The position numbers and the translations under genes are program-made. From Candidatus Micrarchaeia archaeon (GTDB taxonomy: Archaea > Micrarchaeota > Micrarchaeia > Micrarchaeales > CABMGC01): a stretch of 52,383 bases of DNA. Of this stretch, positions 9,343 through 18,370 are shown one piece after another. The notes under the pieces were generated by a model, which had not been told where the DNA came from, did not search any database, and was given only the letters and a program-made list of their open reading frames with translations. Every line of letters begins with the position of its first letter. Within the stretch, counting starts at the first letter, position 1. The stretch is from the NCBI GenBank assembly GCA_049976305.1, contig JBMFIM010000005.1:1-52383 (forward strand), read 5' to 3'.

Positions 9343-9900
9343 CCTATTCCAAAGTCTGTCAAATTCTTTTCTAAGGTTTGAAACCTCCTCAGCGGAGTCT
9401 ATAACCCGTATCTGCTCTATATTTTTGTGCATGCCGCTGAATGTGAGGTTGGCTGAGCCCTCTATCGCCATATTGTCGCCTATGTAAAGCTTTGCATGCA
9501 CGAATTCTTTAGGTATTTTTAGCCTGATGCCGTTTTTTCTGCTTCTATCGTTGGCGTATGCCATAATATAGACGAGAAAGAGCAGAAAGGAGATAAAAGA
9601 GGTATAGGCAGCTATGCTAGCAGAGAGGCGAACAATAAGAAGATTTGCAATTATCAGTGCAGAGAGGGTGAGGATAAGTTTGTAAGTGGACATCTTGCCT
9701 ATCCTTTTCCTCGCTTCTTTACTTATCGCAGAGGAGATTATTCTTATTCTCTTTCCCTTTCCGTGCCTAACTATGAAATCAGCATAATAAGCGTCAATAT
9801 ATGGGGAAATAATGCAAACATTTTTGCTTGACCTTATTAGCTTCTCAACAAGCTCATACGAATTTCTTCCATACCGCTCCTTTCTATTGAGCAGCTCCAT
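9331..9900 (-). CDS. Single-HKD phospholipase D-like protein with an inserted transmembrane hairpin
   Basis: ISPYI, HAKLYIGD and GSANLT motifs. Two hydrophobic segments lie between SPY and HKD. Confidence 0.8.
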   Translation of the reverse strand: MELLNRKERYGRNSYELVEKLIRSSKNVCIISPYIDAYYADFIVRHGKGKRIRIISSAISKEARKRIGKMSTYKLILTLSALIIANLLIVRLSASIAAYTSFISFLLFLVYIMAYANDRSRKNGIRLKIPKEFVHAKLYIGDNMAIEGSANLTFSGMHKNIEQIRVIDSAEEVSNLRKEFDRLWNRLSD

Positions 9901-9952
9901 GAGCCACAGCGAAAGCATATAAGAATATGGAATAAGTAAAATAAATGAGGCT

Positions 9953-10867
9953 ATGCAAGGCGTCAAAGATTTGGCATACAAATTTCTTAAAGGGGAGATG
10001 CTTGACTACTCTACCTACTCTGCCCTGCAAAGCATTGAGAAGGATCCAAAGCTAAAGAAAATATTGGGGGAGCTTGCTGCGACAGAATGGAAGCATGCAG
10101 GCATATGGGGTGGCATATGTGGCGTAGAAAGGGACAAAGTACATGTGTCAAGAACACATATTCTTCTAATGCTTTTTCTAAGAAGGTTGCTTGGGCCTAC
10201 GTTCACTGTGCGACTTCTAGAGCTTAATGAGGTAAGGGGAGCAGGGGATTACGCGAGTGCCCTTAAACTGCTTGGTCAAGACTCCAAATTCGGCAGACAG
10301 CTCAAACAGGTGCTGGATGACGAGGTTCATCATGAGAAGGTGCTAGGAGACCTTCTGGAACAGAACGAGGCTCAGCTTCAATACATAAAATCCATAGTTT
10401 TTGGCCTGAACGACGGGCTTGTGGAAATACTCGCAATTGTAGTAGGGCTTGCAGCGATAGCGAGCAGCGGCGCAATTGTGGCAGTAGCTGGCGCAATAGC
10501 AGGCATATCCGGCATGTTGTCGATGGCTGGAGGCGCCTACTTGTCTGCAAAGTCCGAAAATCTAGTAAAAGGCGCCACTTCAACTACACCAGTAAAAGAG
10601 GCCTATTTCACAGGCTTTTACTATTTCATAGGTGCATTGCTGAGCATACTTCCCTTTGCTTTCGGGCTTAGTGGCTATGTTGGCATAGGGGTAGCTGTTC
10701 TTGTTGTTAGCTTGGCAATAGTGCTTGTTTCATTTATAATTTCAGTAATAACAGGCGTAAGCCCTAAAAGAAGAATGGCTGAAATGCTGGCGATATCGCT
10801 TGGCGCGGCCTTTGCAACAGTAGCTTTCAGCACCTTTGCTAGGATATACTGGCATGTCTCTATATGA
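9953..10867 (+). CDS. Rubrerythrin/ferritin-like domain fused to a VIT1/CCC1 metal transporter
   Basis: E..H di-iron motifs (EWKH, DEVHHE), then the VIT1 motifs FGLNDGLVE and SMAGGAYLS. Confidence 0.9.
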   Translation: MQGVKDLAYKFLKGEMLDYSTYSALQSIEKDPKLKKILGELAATEWKHAGIWGGICGVERDKVHVSRTHILLMLFLRRLLGPTFTVRLLELNEVRGAGDYASALKLLGQDSKFGRQLKQVLDDEVHHEKVLGDLLEQNEAQLQYIKSIVFGLNDGLVEILAIVVGLAAIASSGAIVAVAGAIAGISGMLSMAGGAYLSAKSENLVKGATSTTPVKEAYFTGFYYFIGALLSILPFAFGLSGYVGIGVAVLVVSLAIVLVSFIISVITGVSPKRRMAEMLAISLGAAFATVAFSTFARIYWHVSI

Positions 10868-10875
10868 GGTGTTGC

Positions 10876-12240
10876 ATGGCAAGAAGGCATAAGGCAGAAT
10901 TGTTGCCTGCAAAGGTCAGAGAGACTTTCGAGAAGATTAAACAGAGTTCGCCCAATAAGCTAAAGCTGATGAAAATAAAAGGAGGTTATTTTGTATACGC
11001 ATATGCCTACATTTATGATGAGAGTCAAAAGAGACACAAGTATGTTCAGCATTATCTGGGCAAGATAAATGAAGACGGCACGTTTGTAGAAAGGAAAAGG
11101 TCTATAAGGCATCCAGAATCCTTCTTTGCGTATTTGCAATCCAATTTTGGAGGGGGCATTGAGAACGCCCTTAACAGGCTCCTCTACCCTGATGTTGTAA
11201 CTCTCTCAGCTCTAAGGGTCCTAAGCATGGATTCCAGGCAGAGCGTGGCAGAGATTGCAAAACAGATAGGCATACCTTCATCGTCACTTGCTTCTAAGAT
11301 TAGAAGAGCTATGGAGACCTATGCAATAAGCAAGACCGTCGAGCTAAGGCCTGACACTTTTGGCTATACCCGATACCTTGTAACTGTAAAATTTGTTTCT
11401 GGATCTAAGCCGCGCTATGAGGATGTGAAGGCCCTGCTGGAAAAGGAGCCTAGGGTACAGCTTGTGCTTGGAATGAGTGGCGATTACGACCTGGCAATAT
11501 ACCTGCTAGCAGAAACTACCATAGTGCTTGAAGATATCCTTTACCAAATAAGATCTAGCCCGGTCTTTGCAACCTACTCTGCAGTATGGCATGTAAACTA
11601 CGTAGTTGAGCCTTACGGCTGGTTTGTGCCTCTACGCAACGAATTCTTCGAGCACCTAATATCGCAGAAAGTCTGGCACAGGACCAAGGAAACGCCAAAG
11701 AGGCAGCAGAGCCAGCTTACCTTTGCAGAGTATGCGGTAATGAGCGAGTTGAACAAAGACGCGGGCCAGGAATTCAAGGAAATAGAGGAGAAATACAAGC
11801 TCAACATCGGCAGTGCCGCCTATGCCTATGACAAGCTCATTGGCGACGGAACTATAGAGCGGGCGACAATAGTTATGCAGCGCCTTCCAGCAAGATACTT
11901 AGCCTTTATTTTCGTAGTCCAAACAAACATAGATGACTTCAACAAATCATTGCAGTCTATGCTTGAGGAGATCTTGGAGGAAACTGCATTTCCAACTAAC
12001 AAGTTTGTTTATGTCGCCAACGTTTCTTCTCCATATGGAATTGTGCTTCTAGCTCCTATATACCTGGAAGAGGACTTGCAAAAGCTGAAGCACGAGCTTG
12101 CAGAAAGGGTAAAAGGGATAACGCTTGAGGTTGCAATAGCGACAAACGTGCTGGTAGGAAGGGTTGGAGCAAGAAAGTTTGATATGAAAAAGTCGCAACT
12201 ATACAGTTTGCTTCAGCAATTAAAACAGAACAAGAAATAA
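10876..12240 (+). CDS. Large tandem Lrp/AsnC-type transcriptional regulator
   Basis: Two HTH+RAM-like units (LSMDSRQSVAEIAKQIG...MSGDYDL and LNKDAGQEFKEIE). N-terminal IKGGYFVY...YLGKI segment. GAGGTG SD. Confidence 0.75.
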   Translation: MARRHKAELLPAKVRETFEKIKQSSPNKLKLMKIKGGYFVYAYAYIYDESQKRHKYVQHYLGKINEDGTFVERKRSIRHPESFFAYLQSNFGGGIENALNRLLYPDVVTLSALRVLSMDSRQSVAEIAKQIGIPSSSLASKIRRAMETYAISKTVELRPDTFGYTRYLVTVKFVSGSKPRYEDVKALLEKEPRVQLVLGMSGDYDLAIYLLAETTIVLEDILYQIRSSPVFATYSAVWHVNYVVEPYGWFVPLRNEFFEHLISQKVWHRTKETPKRQQSQLTFAEYAVMSELNKDAGQEFKEIEEKYKLNIGSAAYAYDKLIGDGTIERATIVMQRLPARYLAFIFVVQTNIDDFNKSLQSMLEEILEETAFPTNKFVYVANVSSPYGIVLLAPIYLEEDLQKLKHELAERVKGITLEVAIATNVLVGRVGARKFDMKKSQLYSLLQQLKQNKK

Positions 12241-12282
12241 AACTAGGAAAGCTTGACGATGTAACATATTTTATATGCGAGT

Positions 12283-12312
12283 TCAGCTTCCACCAGGCAG
12301 TCCACCTTCCAT
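12283..12312 (-). CDS. Putative 9-aa micropeptide MEGGLPGGS
   Basis: AGGTGA SD 4 nt before ATG, the same spacing as porB. TTTATAAA box at 12345-12352. Confidence 0.35.
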   Translation of the reverse strand: MEGGLPGGS

Positions 12313-12519
12313 CTTTTCACCTGATCTACCTAAAAACATTTGTATTTATAAACCTTATGTGCAGCTTTTGATAGCTAAGTATAGAAAACTCTTATTCCGC
12401 AACAGGCTAGGCAAAAATTAACCTTAAATTTATTTCCCTTTACGCTCAAGTTTTTAAACTGCTTTTTGCTTTGGTTCTATTTTTTAAAGTTTAGGCTAGG
12501 TATTGGTATTGGTGGTAGC

Positions 12520-12714
12520 ATGGCAAGACCTAAGAAGGCAGCGTACAGCTTTGCCTGCAAGGATATAGGCATGGACTGCGGCTTTACGGCAACTGCAAGC
12601 ACAGAAGATGAACTGATGGCTAAGATTAGGGAGCACGCCAGAACTGCGCACAATATGCAGAGCATAGACGACGCAACTATGGCTAAGATAAAGGCAGCGA
12701 TAAAGAAAGCCTGA
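12520..12714 (+). CDS. DUF1059 family small metal-binding protein
   Basis: FACKDIGMDC...EDEL...EHARTAH pattern. Confidence 0.85.
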   Translation: MARPKKAAYSFACKDIGMDCGFTATASTEDELMAKIREHARTAHNMQSIDDATMAKIKAAIKKA

Positions 12715-12748
12715 TCTGCTTAGCGTTTTGTTTTAGTTTTGTGATTTT

Positions 12749-13354
12749 TTGCCTGTTTTTTTCGGTATTGAGATAAAGCTTGATGACAGAGTTTACGAGC
12801 CGGCAGAAGATACCGAACTCGCAATGATTGCCTTGTCTAGGTTGCTTGAGCGAAGTGTTGGAGGCCTCAGAGTACTAGACATGGGCTGCGGCACAGGTAT
12901 ACTCGGCATTTATGCGGCGAAGAGCGAGAAGACCAGGGAGGTTGTTCTTGCAGACATTTCAGAGGCTGCTGTTGAGCTTGCACGGGAAAACGTTTCACAT
13001 GCAGGAATAGAGAAGAAGGCTAAAGTAGTAAGAAGCGACCTCTTTAGCAATATCCAAGGTGCATTTGACATCATTGTTTTCAATGCGCCTTATCTGCCAG
13101 AGGATCCTGGAGAAAGCCCTGATGTAGCAAAGATGCTGAGTGGGGGAAAGGAAGGGGTTGAGCTCTCAATAAGGTTTTTGGAAGAAGCGCAACGGCATTT
13201 GAAGCAGAATTCGCATGTAATCCTTGTTTCAAGCTCCTTTTCTAACCAACGCCTTCTGCATGAGGCATATAAAAGGCTTGGCTATGTGCCGGAATTCGAA
13301 ATAGGAAAGCATATCTTCTTTGAAGAAATTACTGCTACGGCGCTCAGGCACTAG
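12749..13354 (+). CDS. HemK2/MTQ2-type protein N5-glutamine methyltransferase
   Basis: VYEPAEDT, LDMGCGTG, FNAPY (an NPPY variant) and SGGKEG motifs. Confidence 0.88.
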   Translation: MPVFFGIEIKLDDRVYEPAEDTELAMIALSRLLERSVGGLRVLDMGCGTGILGIYAAKSEKTREVVLADISEAAVELARENVSHAGIEKKAKVVRSDLFSNIQGAFDIIVFNAPYLPEDPGESPDVAKMLSGGKEGVELSIRFLEEAQRHLKQNSHVILVSSSFSNQRLLHEAYKRLGYVPEFEIGKHIFFEEITATALRH

Positions 13355-13368
13355 AAGTGGCGTTTGCA

Positions 13369-14143
13369 ATGCCTTCGGCAAGTAAACTACCCACGACTAA
13401 AGCCGTGGGCTTTCCATAGGTTGATTCACATGTTGCACAGCAACGTTGGGCAAACCAACTTCATCTGGGCACACGAGCCGTTTACAGGGACTCTCCTATG
13501 AAATCTGGAGACTCGACAATTCATCCCCACCGCTAAAGCGTGTGGGCTTCCTTGTCGCGATTAGGTGAATTTAGGCTTATAGGCAACGAAAGAGGGGCAT
13601 CAGTTCTTATTACAGCACCCCACGCTTTTCCGCCTAATTCAGACAAGAATACTGGTAGGATTGCCGAGCAGGCAGCATTGATGAGTGGTGCAACAGCGCT
13701 CATAGCCATGGTTTCTAGGAAGAAAATAGACTTAAACAGGGGCGAAAGCGAAAAGCACCCGTTTAGGAAGAAAATAAAGGAAGTCATAAGGTTTGGGAGA
13801 AAGCCATTTTTAATTCTAGATCTTCACGGCATGCACACCAGCGGCAAACGAGTAGAAATCGGTACTGATTTCGGCAAGAGTGCTCCAAACTGGGTCGTAG
13901 AACTGTTAGCCGATACTCTTGCGAAGCATGGTGTTAAGGTTTCTATAAACCGAAAATTCGCTGGGTCAATGAAAGGTACAATAACTTCTAGCTATGCCGA
14001 GCCCATATGGCATATATGCAATACAGTTAGAACTTCCTGCTTCTATGAGGGGAAAGCGCCCGATTGTCAATACCGCAAAAATAATCTCTGAATTTGTTTG
14101 CAACTATGAAAAACAGAGGCGCACAGAAGTGCAATTTGTTTAG
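13369..14143 (+). pseudogene. N-formylglutamate amidohydrolase-like gene disrupted by an IS605-type mini-element and a frameshift
   Basis: TAPH, DLNR and LDLHGM motifs. The conserved-looking AIQLE lies in the +1 frame from about 14003 (stop 14141-14143). The 5' end is restored by removing 13382-13564. Confidence 0.7.
13382..13564 (-). mobile_element. Non-autonomous IS200/IS605-family miniature element (PATE/MITE-like)
   Basis: Minus-strand right end GAAAGCCCACGGCTTTAGTCGTGGGTAGTTTAC. Related left-end hairpin AAGGAAGCCCACACGCTTTAGCGGTGGGGATGAATTG. No transposase ORF. Confidence 0.8.
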
Positions 14144-14231
14144 TTTGTGCGAGCACTTCCACAGATATCTTTTTAAATTGTTTTATGCAAAATAATTAGT
14201 ACTGTTTTTGCCAATGATATGAGGTCTTTGT

Positions 14232-14588
14232 ATGGCTGAAACCCCAAAAGAGATTGTGGATAAGGTACTGTCAGCGGTAAAGCTGGCAAAGCAAGATGGA
14301 AGGATAAGGAAGGGAGTCAACGAGGTTACCAAGAGCCTTGAAAGAGGGCTTGCAACCTTGGTTATCGTAGCAGACGACGTCTCGCCCAAGGAGATAGTTA
14401 TGCATATACCCGGCCTTTGCGAGCAGCACAAAACGCCTCTTGTATATGTGCCGGCGAAGCTTGACCTTGGCAAAGCCGCAGGGCTTAATGTTGCCTGCTC
14501 ATCAGTAGCCATAGAGAAGGCGGGGTCTGCAGAGTCTGTAGTAAAGGAAATAATTGCATGGTCTACAGGCGGAGCAAAGAAGGCGTGA
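14232..14588 (+). CDS. rpl7ae: Ribosomal protein L7Ae
   Basis: IRKGVNEVTK, ADDVSP and LGKAAGL motifs. Confidence 0.97.
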   Translation: MAETPKEIVDKVLSAVKLAKQDGRIRKGVNEVTKSLERGLATLVIVADDVSPKEIVMHIPGLCEQHKTPLVYVPAKLDLGKAAGLNVACSSVAIEKAGSAESVVKEIIAWSTGGAKKA

Positions 14589-14593
14589 TCTAA

Positions 14594-14833
14594 ATGCCTG
14601 AAGAAGCTAAAGAAGAAAAAAGCAAGTTTGCTGGTTATGCAGGAGAAATAGTAGAAATATTGCCGCAAAGGACTGGCATGTTTGGATCGGTAATACAAGC
14701 AATGGTAAAAATACTTGAAGGCCACGACAAAGGCAGGGTAATAAGAAGGAATTTTGTGGGATTCATAAAGAAAGGAGACATAGTAAGGCTGCCGGATACT
14801 ACAAGGGAAGACAAGCCTATAGTAGTGAAGTGA
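14594..14833 (+). CDS. rps28e: Ribosomal protein S28e
   Basis: RTGMFG...[14 protein letters not shown] motif and synteny. Confidence 0.95.
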   Translation: MPEEAKEEKSKFAGYAGEIVEILPQRTGMFGSVIQAMVKILEGHDKGRVIRRNFVGFIKKGDIVRLPDTTREDKPIVVK

Positions 14834-14837
14834 AAGC

Positions 14838-15026
14838 ATGAAGTGTGCTTATTGCTCTAAGGAAATAGAGCCTGGCACTGGAATAATGTTTGTCAGAAAG
14901 AGCGGCCAGATTAGATACTATTGCTCGAACAGATGCTACAGGCTAGATGTGTTGCATAAGAAAAAGCATAGAGAAGTAGCGGCAGCCAAAGCGTCGGTTG
15001 AGGCCCAGCAGGCAAGTAAGGCATGA
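14838..15026 (+). CDS. rpl24e: Ribosomal protein L24e
   Basis: [16 protein letters not shown]...CSNRC motif. Confidence 0.95.
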   Translation: MKCAYCSKEIEPGTGIMFVRKSGQIRYYCSNRCYRLDVLHKKKHREVAAAKASVEAQQASKA

Positions 15027-16177
15027 TGCCTAACAAACAGCTTGTTGTACATTTTGGCGAGTTATGGCTCAGGGGAAAAAATAGAGGAAATTACATAAAA
15101 TCTCTTACTGACAATTTGGCTAAAACCCTTGCTGGCCTGCATCTCAGCATAAGGCGTTCATACGATAGAATTTTAATAGAAGGTAGCGAGCCAGAGCTAG
15201 AGCAGGCATACGCTAGGCTTGGGTATGTATTCGGCATTAGCAACTACGAGATGGCATATGCTACTAGGCCTGAGCTTGGGGAAATAACAAGGCTTGCGGT
15301 AGAGCTTGCAAAACAGGCCGGCGCTAAAAGCATAAAGGTAAACGCCCACAGATCTTTTAAGCAGCTGAGCTTTGACTCTATGCAGATTGTGAAAAGCATA
15401 GAGAAAGAAGCAAGAGCAAACGGCATTAATGCATCATTGCGCAACTTTGACAAGGAAGTATACGTCAATGTGACAAAGGATGCCGCTTATATTTTTACTG
15501 AGAAGAAAAAAGGCCTTGGCGGCCTTCCCGTCGGAAGTGAGGGCACCTGCATTGTTCTCATCTCTGGTGGCATAGATTCTCCGGTTGCAGCATGGTTTGC
15601 AATGAAAAGGGGCTTAAAGCCCATCTATCTCCATCTTCACGCATTTCAGAGCAATGAGGAAGCCGCCAATGGAAAGGTAGCAAGCGTAGCCGCGTTGCTT
15701 AGCAAGTATTACCCTGCCAAGTTTTACTTCGCCCCTTCCTACTTCTTTGACGCAGCGGCAGTTGCCGGGCACACTGGCAGGTGCACGCTTGTATTGCTAA
15801 AGCATTTCATGTTGAGGCTTGCTGAGAAAATAGCAGAGAAGGAGCATGCGAAGGCCATAGTTACAGGCGAGAGCCTTGGTCAGGTAGCATCACAAACCTT
15901 GGAAAACCTCAGTGCAGAGTCTTCACGCATAAAACTTCCTATACTAAGGCCACTGATAGGCTTTGACAAAGAAGAGATAATTGGCTTTGCAAAGAAAATA
16001 GGCACATATGATATATCTATTTTGCCCTACAAGGATGTTTGCAGCATAGAGGCTAGGAACCCGAGGACAAAATGCAAACAGGAAGAGGTTATAGACCTAG
16101 CAGGCAAAATAAAGCTAGGCAGCGTGATAAGGAGAACACTTGCAAAAATGTCAGTAAAGGAATATGCTAGCTTGTAA
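15023..16177 (+). CDS. thiI: tRNA 4-thiouridine synthase ThiI (THUMP + PP-loop, no rhodanese domain)
   Basis: [36 protein letters not shown] and RPL motifs. Confidence 0.93.
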   Translation: MMPNKQLVVHFGELWLRGKNRGNYIKSLTDNLAKTLAGLHLSIRRSYDRILIEGSEPELEQAYARLGYVFGISNYEMAYATRPELGEITRLAVELAKQAGAKSIKVNAHRSFKQLSFDSMQIVKSIEKEARANGINASLRNFDKEVYVNVTKDAAYIFTEKKKGLGGLPVGSEGTCIVLISGGIDSPVAAWFAMKRGLKPIYLHLHAFQSNEEAANGKVASVAALLSKYYPAKFYFAPSYFFDAAAVAGHTGRCTLVLLKHFMLRLAEKIAEKEHAKAIVTGESLGQVASQTLENLSAESSRIKLPILRPLIGFDKEEIIGFAKKIGTYDISILPYKDVCSIEARNPRTKCKQEEVIDLAGKIKLGSVIRRTLAKMSVKEYASL

Positions 16178-17444
16178 GCTTTCTCGCTAAGCCTTCTAAT
16201 TGCCTAAGCTCGGCTTCATCTTCACCCTCGTAGTAAACCCTGAGTAAAGGCTCTGTGTTGGATTTTCTAACAAGCACGAAGCCGCTGCCTGTCATTATTT
16301 TTACGCCGTCTGTAAAGTCTAGTGTGCCATAGGCTGATGCAGCTTTCTCTATCTCTTCAAGCTTTCTGTTTCTTAGCTCCTCGCTGTCAAAAGGTATTGA
16401 GAATTCGCCGAAATAAGTTTTTGGCAATTCTTTGACAAGTTTGCTCATGCTCTTGCCAGCATTTTGCAAGGCTTTCGCCATAAGCAGGGCGCCAAGAAGC
16501 CCGTCTGAGAATGGGAAATACCTGCCAAAGTACACATGCATGGAGGTTTCAATTCCAAGATCAAACTTGCCAGTGCTCATGAGCTGCTCAATATGTGGCC
16601 TTCCAACCTTGGTATAAACGACCTTTGCAAAAGTCTCAAGTTTTCTTGAGCAAGCCACAGTTGCGACCACATTCCTAAATCCAAGGTGTTTTATGTACAG
16701 CATCGCCATGCCCATTGCGTCAACAAAATTGCCTTGGTCGTCAACAAAGGCGACTCTGTCGCCATCGCCGTCAAACTGCACTCCGAAGTCCAGCCCTTGC
16801 GATTTAACAAGCTCTGCTAATTCTGCCGCGTTTGCTTTGCTTGGTTCTGGAGCTTTATTGTAGAAATTTGCGTCAGGCTGCTTTCTTAGCATTACCGCAC
16901 TAATGCCTACATGCTCAAAAACTTGCTTTGCGAAAGCGTGCGTGGCCCCGCCCATCGTGTCAACACCAATGCTTAGTTTCATCGGTGCAAGAGTCTTGGT
17001 AATGAAAGCGATATAGCTTGCGGTGTAATCCTTCTTTTTTATCTCTCCCCTACTGCCTAAACCATTGGTTTTGCTACCTAAATACGCCTGCTCAACATCT
17101 TTCGGCATTATCGTCACTCCATCTTTGTATAAAAGAAGTCCGGTATATTTTGCAGGATTGTGCGAAGCAGTTATGCAGACTCCTGGATTATGCTCTTTTA
17201 ACGTAGCGAAAGCTAGCACAGTAACGGGAACCATGCCTATATCAACAACCTCTTTTCCTGCTTCGGCCAGTCCTTTTGCAACGTAATCCTTTATTGCAAC
17301 GCTTCCTTTCCTGTTGTCGTATCCTAGAAAAATGCTTTCTTCAGGAAAATAAGAGCCGATTGCTTTGCCAAGCTCGTATGCCTTTGCTTCATCTATTTCC
17401 TCAGGATATACGCCCCTAATATCATACTCCTTGAATATTCCCAT
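16167..17444 (-). CDS. Phosphomannomutase/phosphoglucomutase
   Basis: FKEYDIRG, TASHNP, FDGDGDR and RKSNTEP motifs. Confidence 0.93.
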   Translation of the reverse strand: MGIFKEYDIRGVYPEEIDEAKAYELGKAIGSYFPEESIFLGYDNRKGSVAIKDYVAKGLAEAGKEVVDIGMVPVTVLAFATLKEHNPGVCITASHNPAKYTGLLLYKDGVTIMPKDVEQAYLGSKTNGLGSRGEIKKKDYTASYIAFITKTLAPMKLSIGVDTMGGATHAFAKQVFEHVGISAVMLRKQPDANFYNKAPEPSKANAAELAELVKSQGLDFGVQFDGDGDRVAFVDDQGNFVDAMGMAMLYIKHLGFRNVVATVACSRKLETFAKVVYTKVGRPHIEQLMSTGKFDLGIETSMHVYFGRYFPFSDGLLGALLMAKALQNAGKSMSKLVKELPKTYFGEFSIPFDSEELRNRKLEEIEKAASAYGTLDFTDGVKIMTGSGFVLVRKSNTEPLLRVYYEGEDEAELRQLEGLARKLTS

Positions 17445-17510
17445 GCATCTTTTGGCTTTCTTAATCAATTTAAAAGGCTTGCCTGGTTTCTTTTACCTTA
17501 AACCAAGTAG

Positions 17511-17689
17511 GCGCAAGCCAAAAGGAACCCCACGAATTTATTCGTGGAAGACCGACATGCTTGATTTGACTGCCTAGTAAGAACGCTGCAAAAATCAGTA
17601 AAGTTTGCAACGCAAAGCACATCCTTTGCACGATGCGAGCTGATGAATGCAAAGGAAGCCCGCACTCTTTGTGGTTGGGTGGATGTCAC
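17511..17689 (+). mobile_element. Degenerate non-autonomous IS200/IS605-family miniature element
   Basis: Left hairpin CCACGAATTTATTCGTGG. 3' end GATGAATGCAAAGGAAGCCCGCAC...GGGTGGATGTCAC resembles a tnpB right end. The left boundary is approximate. Confidence 0.65.
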
Positions 17690-17749
17690 TTTATCTTTCG
17701 CTAGGAGAGACAAGAAAGGTTTAAGAATTCGAGCAGCATATGTGAAATT

Positions 17750-18370
17750 ATGAATCTTGTTGAAGCTACGCTCGTGCTCGCTGTGCTTGTAATTATTGTT
17801 GTAGGAATAGTTTATTTTGTGTCAAGCAAGGGCGTGCTTAGCAGGGTAACCGAAAACCAGGCTGTGCAGCTCGTTATAAGTGATCTAGAAAACAAGTATC
17901 CAGAGGGCATAATCAATGTGACTAATGTTACGCCTTCCCAAAGATACCCGGGCAGCTGGCACATAGTGCTTTCGCTCATTCTTAATGCAACCTCCCCATG
18001 TCCAGATTATGTGGTATATGCTTACGACTATCCCGCTTTCACATTTGTGCCTACCACGGTGAATGTTTATACTAACTCCTGCAGAATTTTCGGTTTCAAC
18101 TCAAGCCTTCCTTATAGAATAGCATCTGCGCCTGTTGCAATAACGAGAGCTACACAGCTCAATATTAGCAGTGTAGTGGCGTTCATAAAGTCTTACGGCT
18201 ATTCAAACGTATCAGCACATGCGATTTTCTTGCCGTACGTTGTAGTTGATGGTAAAAACCTTACTAACATATGGCAGGTAACCTACTCATCGCCAAAGTC
18301 CAACTACTCTGTAAATGTATGGCTTACTCAGCTCAACGGCACATTGGTCTATGTAAATGCTACCCGTTGA
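17750..18370 (+). CDS. Membrane-anchored or secreted protein, probably glycosylated
   Basis: N-terminal hydrophobic helix and many N-x-S/T sequons. Confidence 0.7.
   Translation: MNLVEATLVLAVLVIIVVGIVYFVSSKGVLSRVTENQAVQLVISDLENKYPEGIINVTNVTPSQRYPGSWHIVLSLILNATSPCPDYVVYAYDYPAFTFVPTTVNVYTNSCRIFGFNSSLPYRIASAPVAITRATQLNISSVVAFIKSYGYSNVSAHAIFLPYVVVDGKNLTNIWQVTYSSPKSNYSVNVWLTQLNGTLVYVNATR

Noticed and set aside
17694..17705. 12-nt match (TCTTTCGCTAGG) of the putative guide flank to porB 5299-5310
   Set aside because: The first guide positions mismatch, and a 12-mer match is plausible by chance given the many comparisons made.
17470..17713. Two short minus-strand ORFs
   Set aside because: They overlap the IS605-type mini-element and show no protein features.
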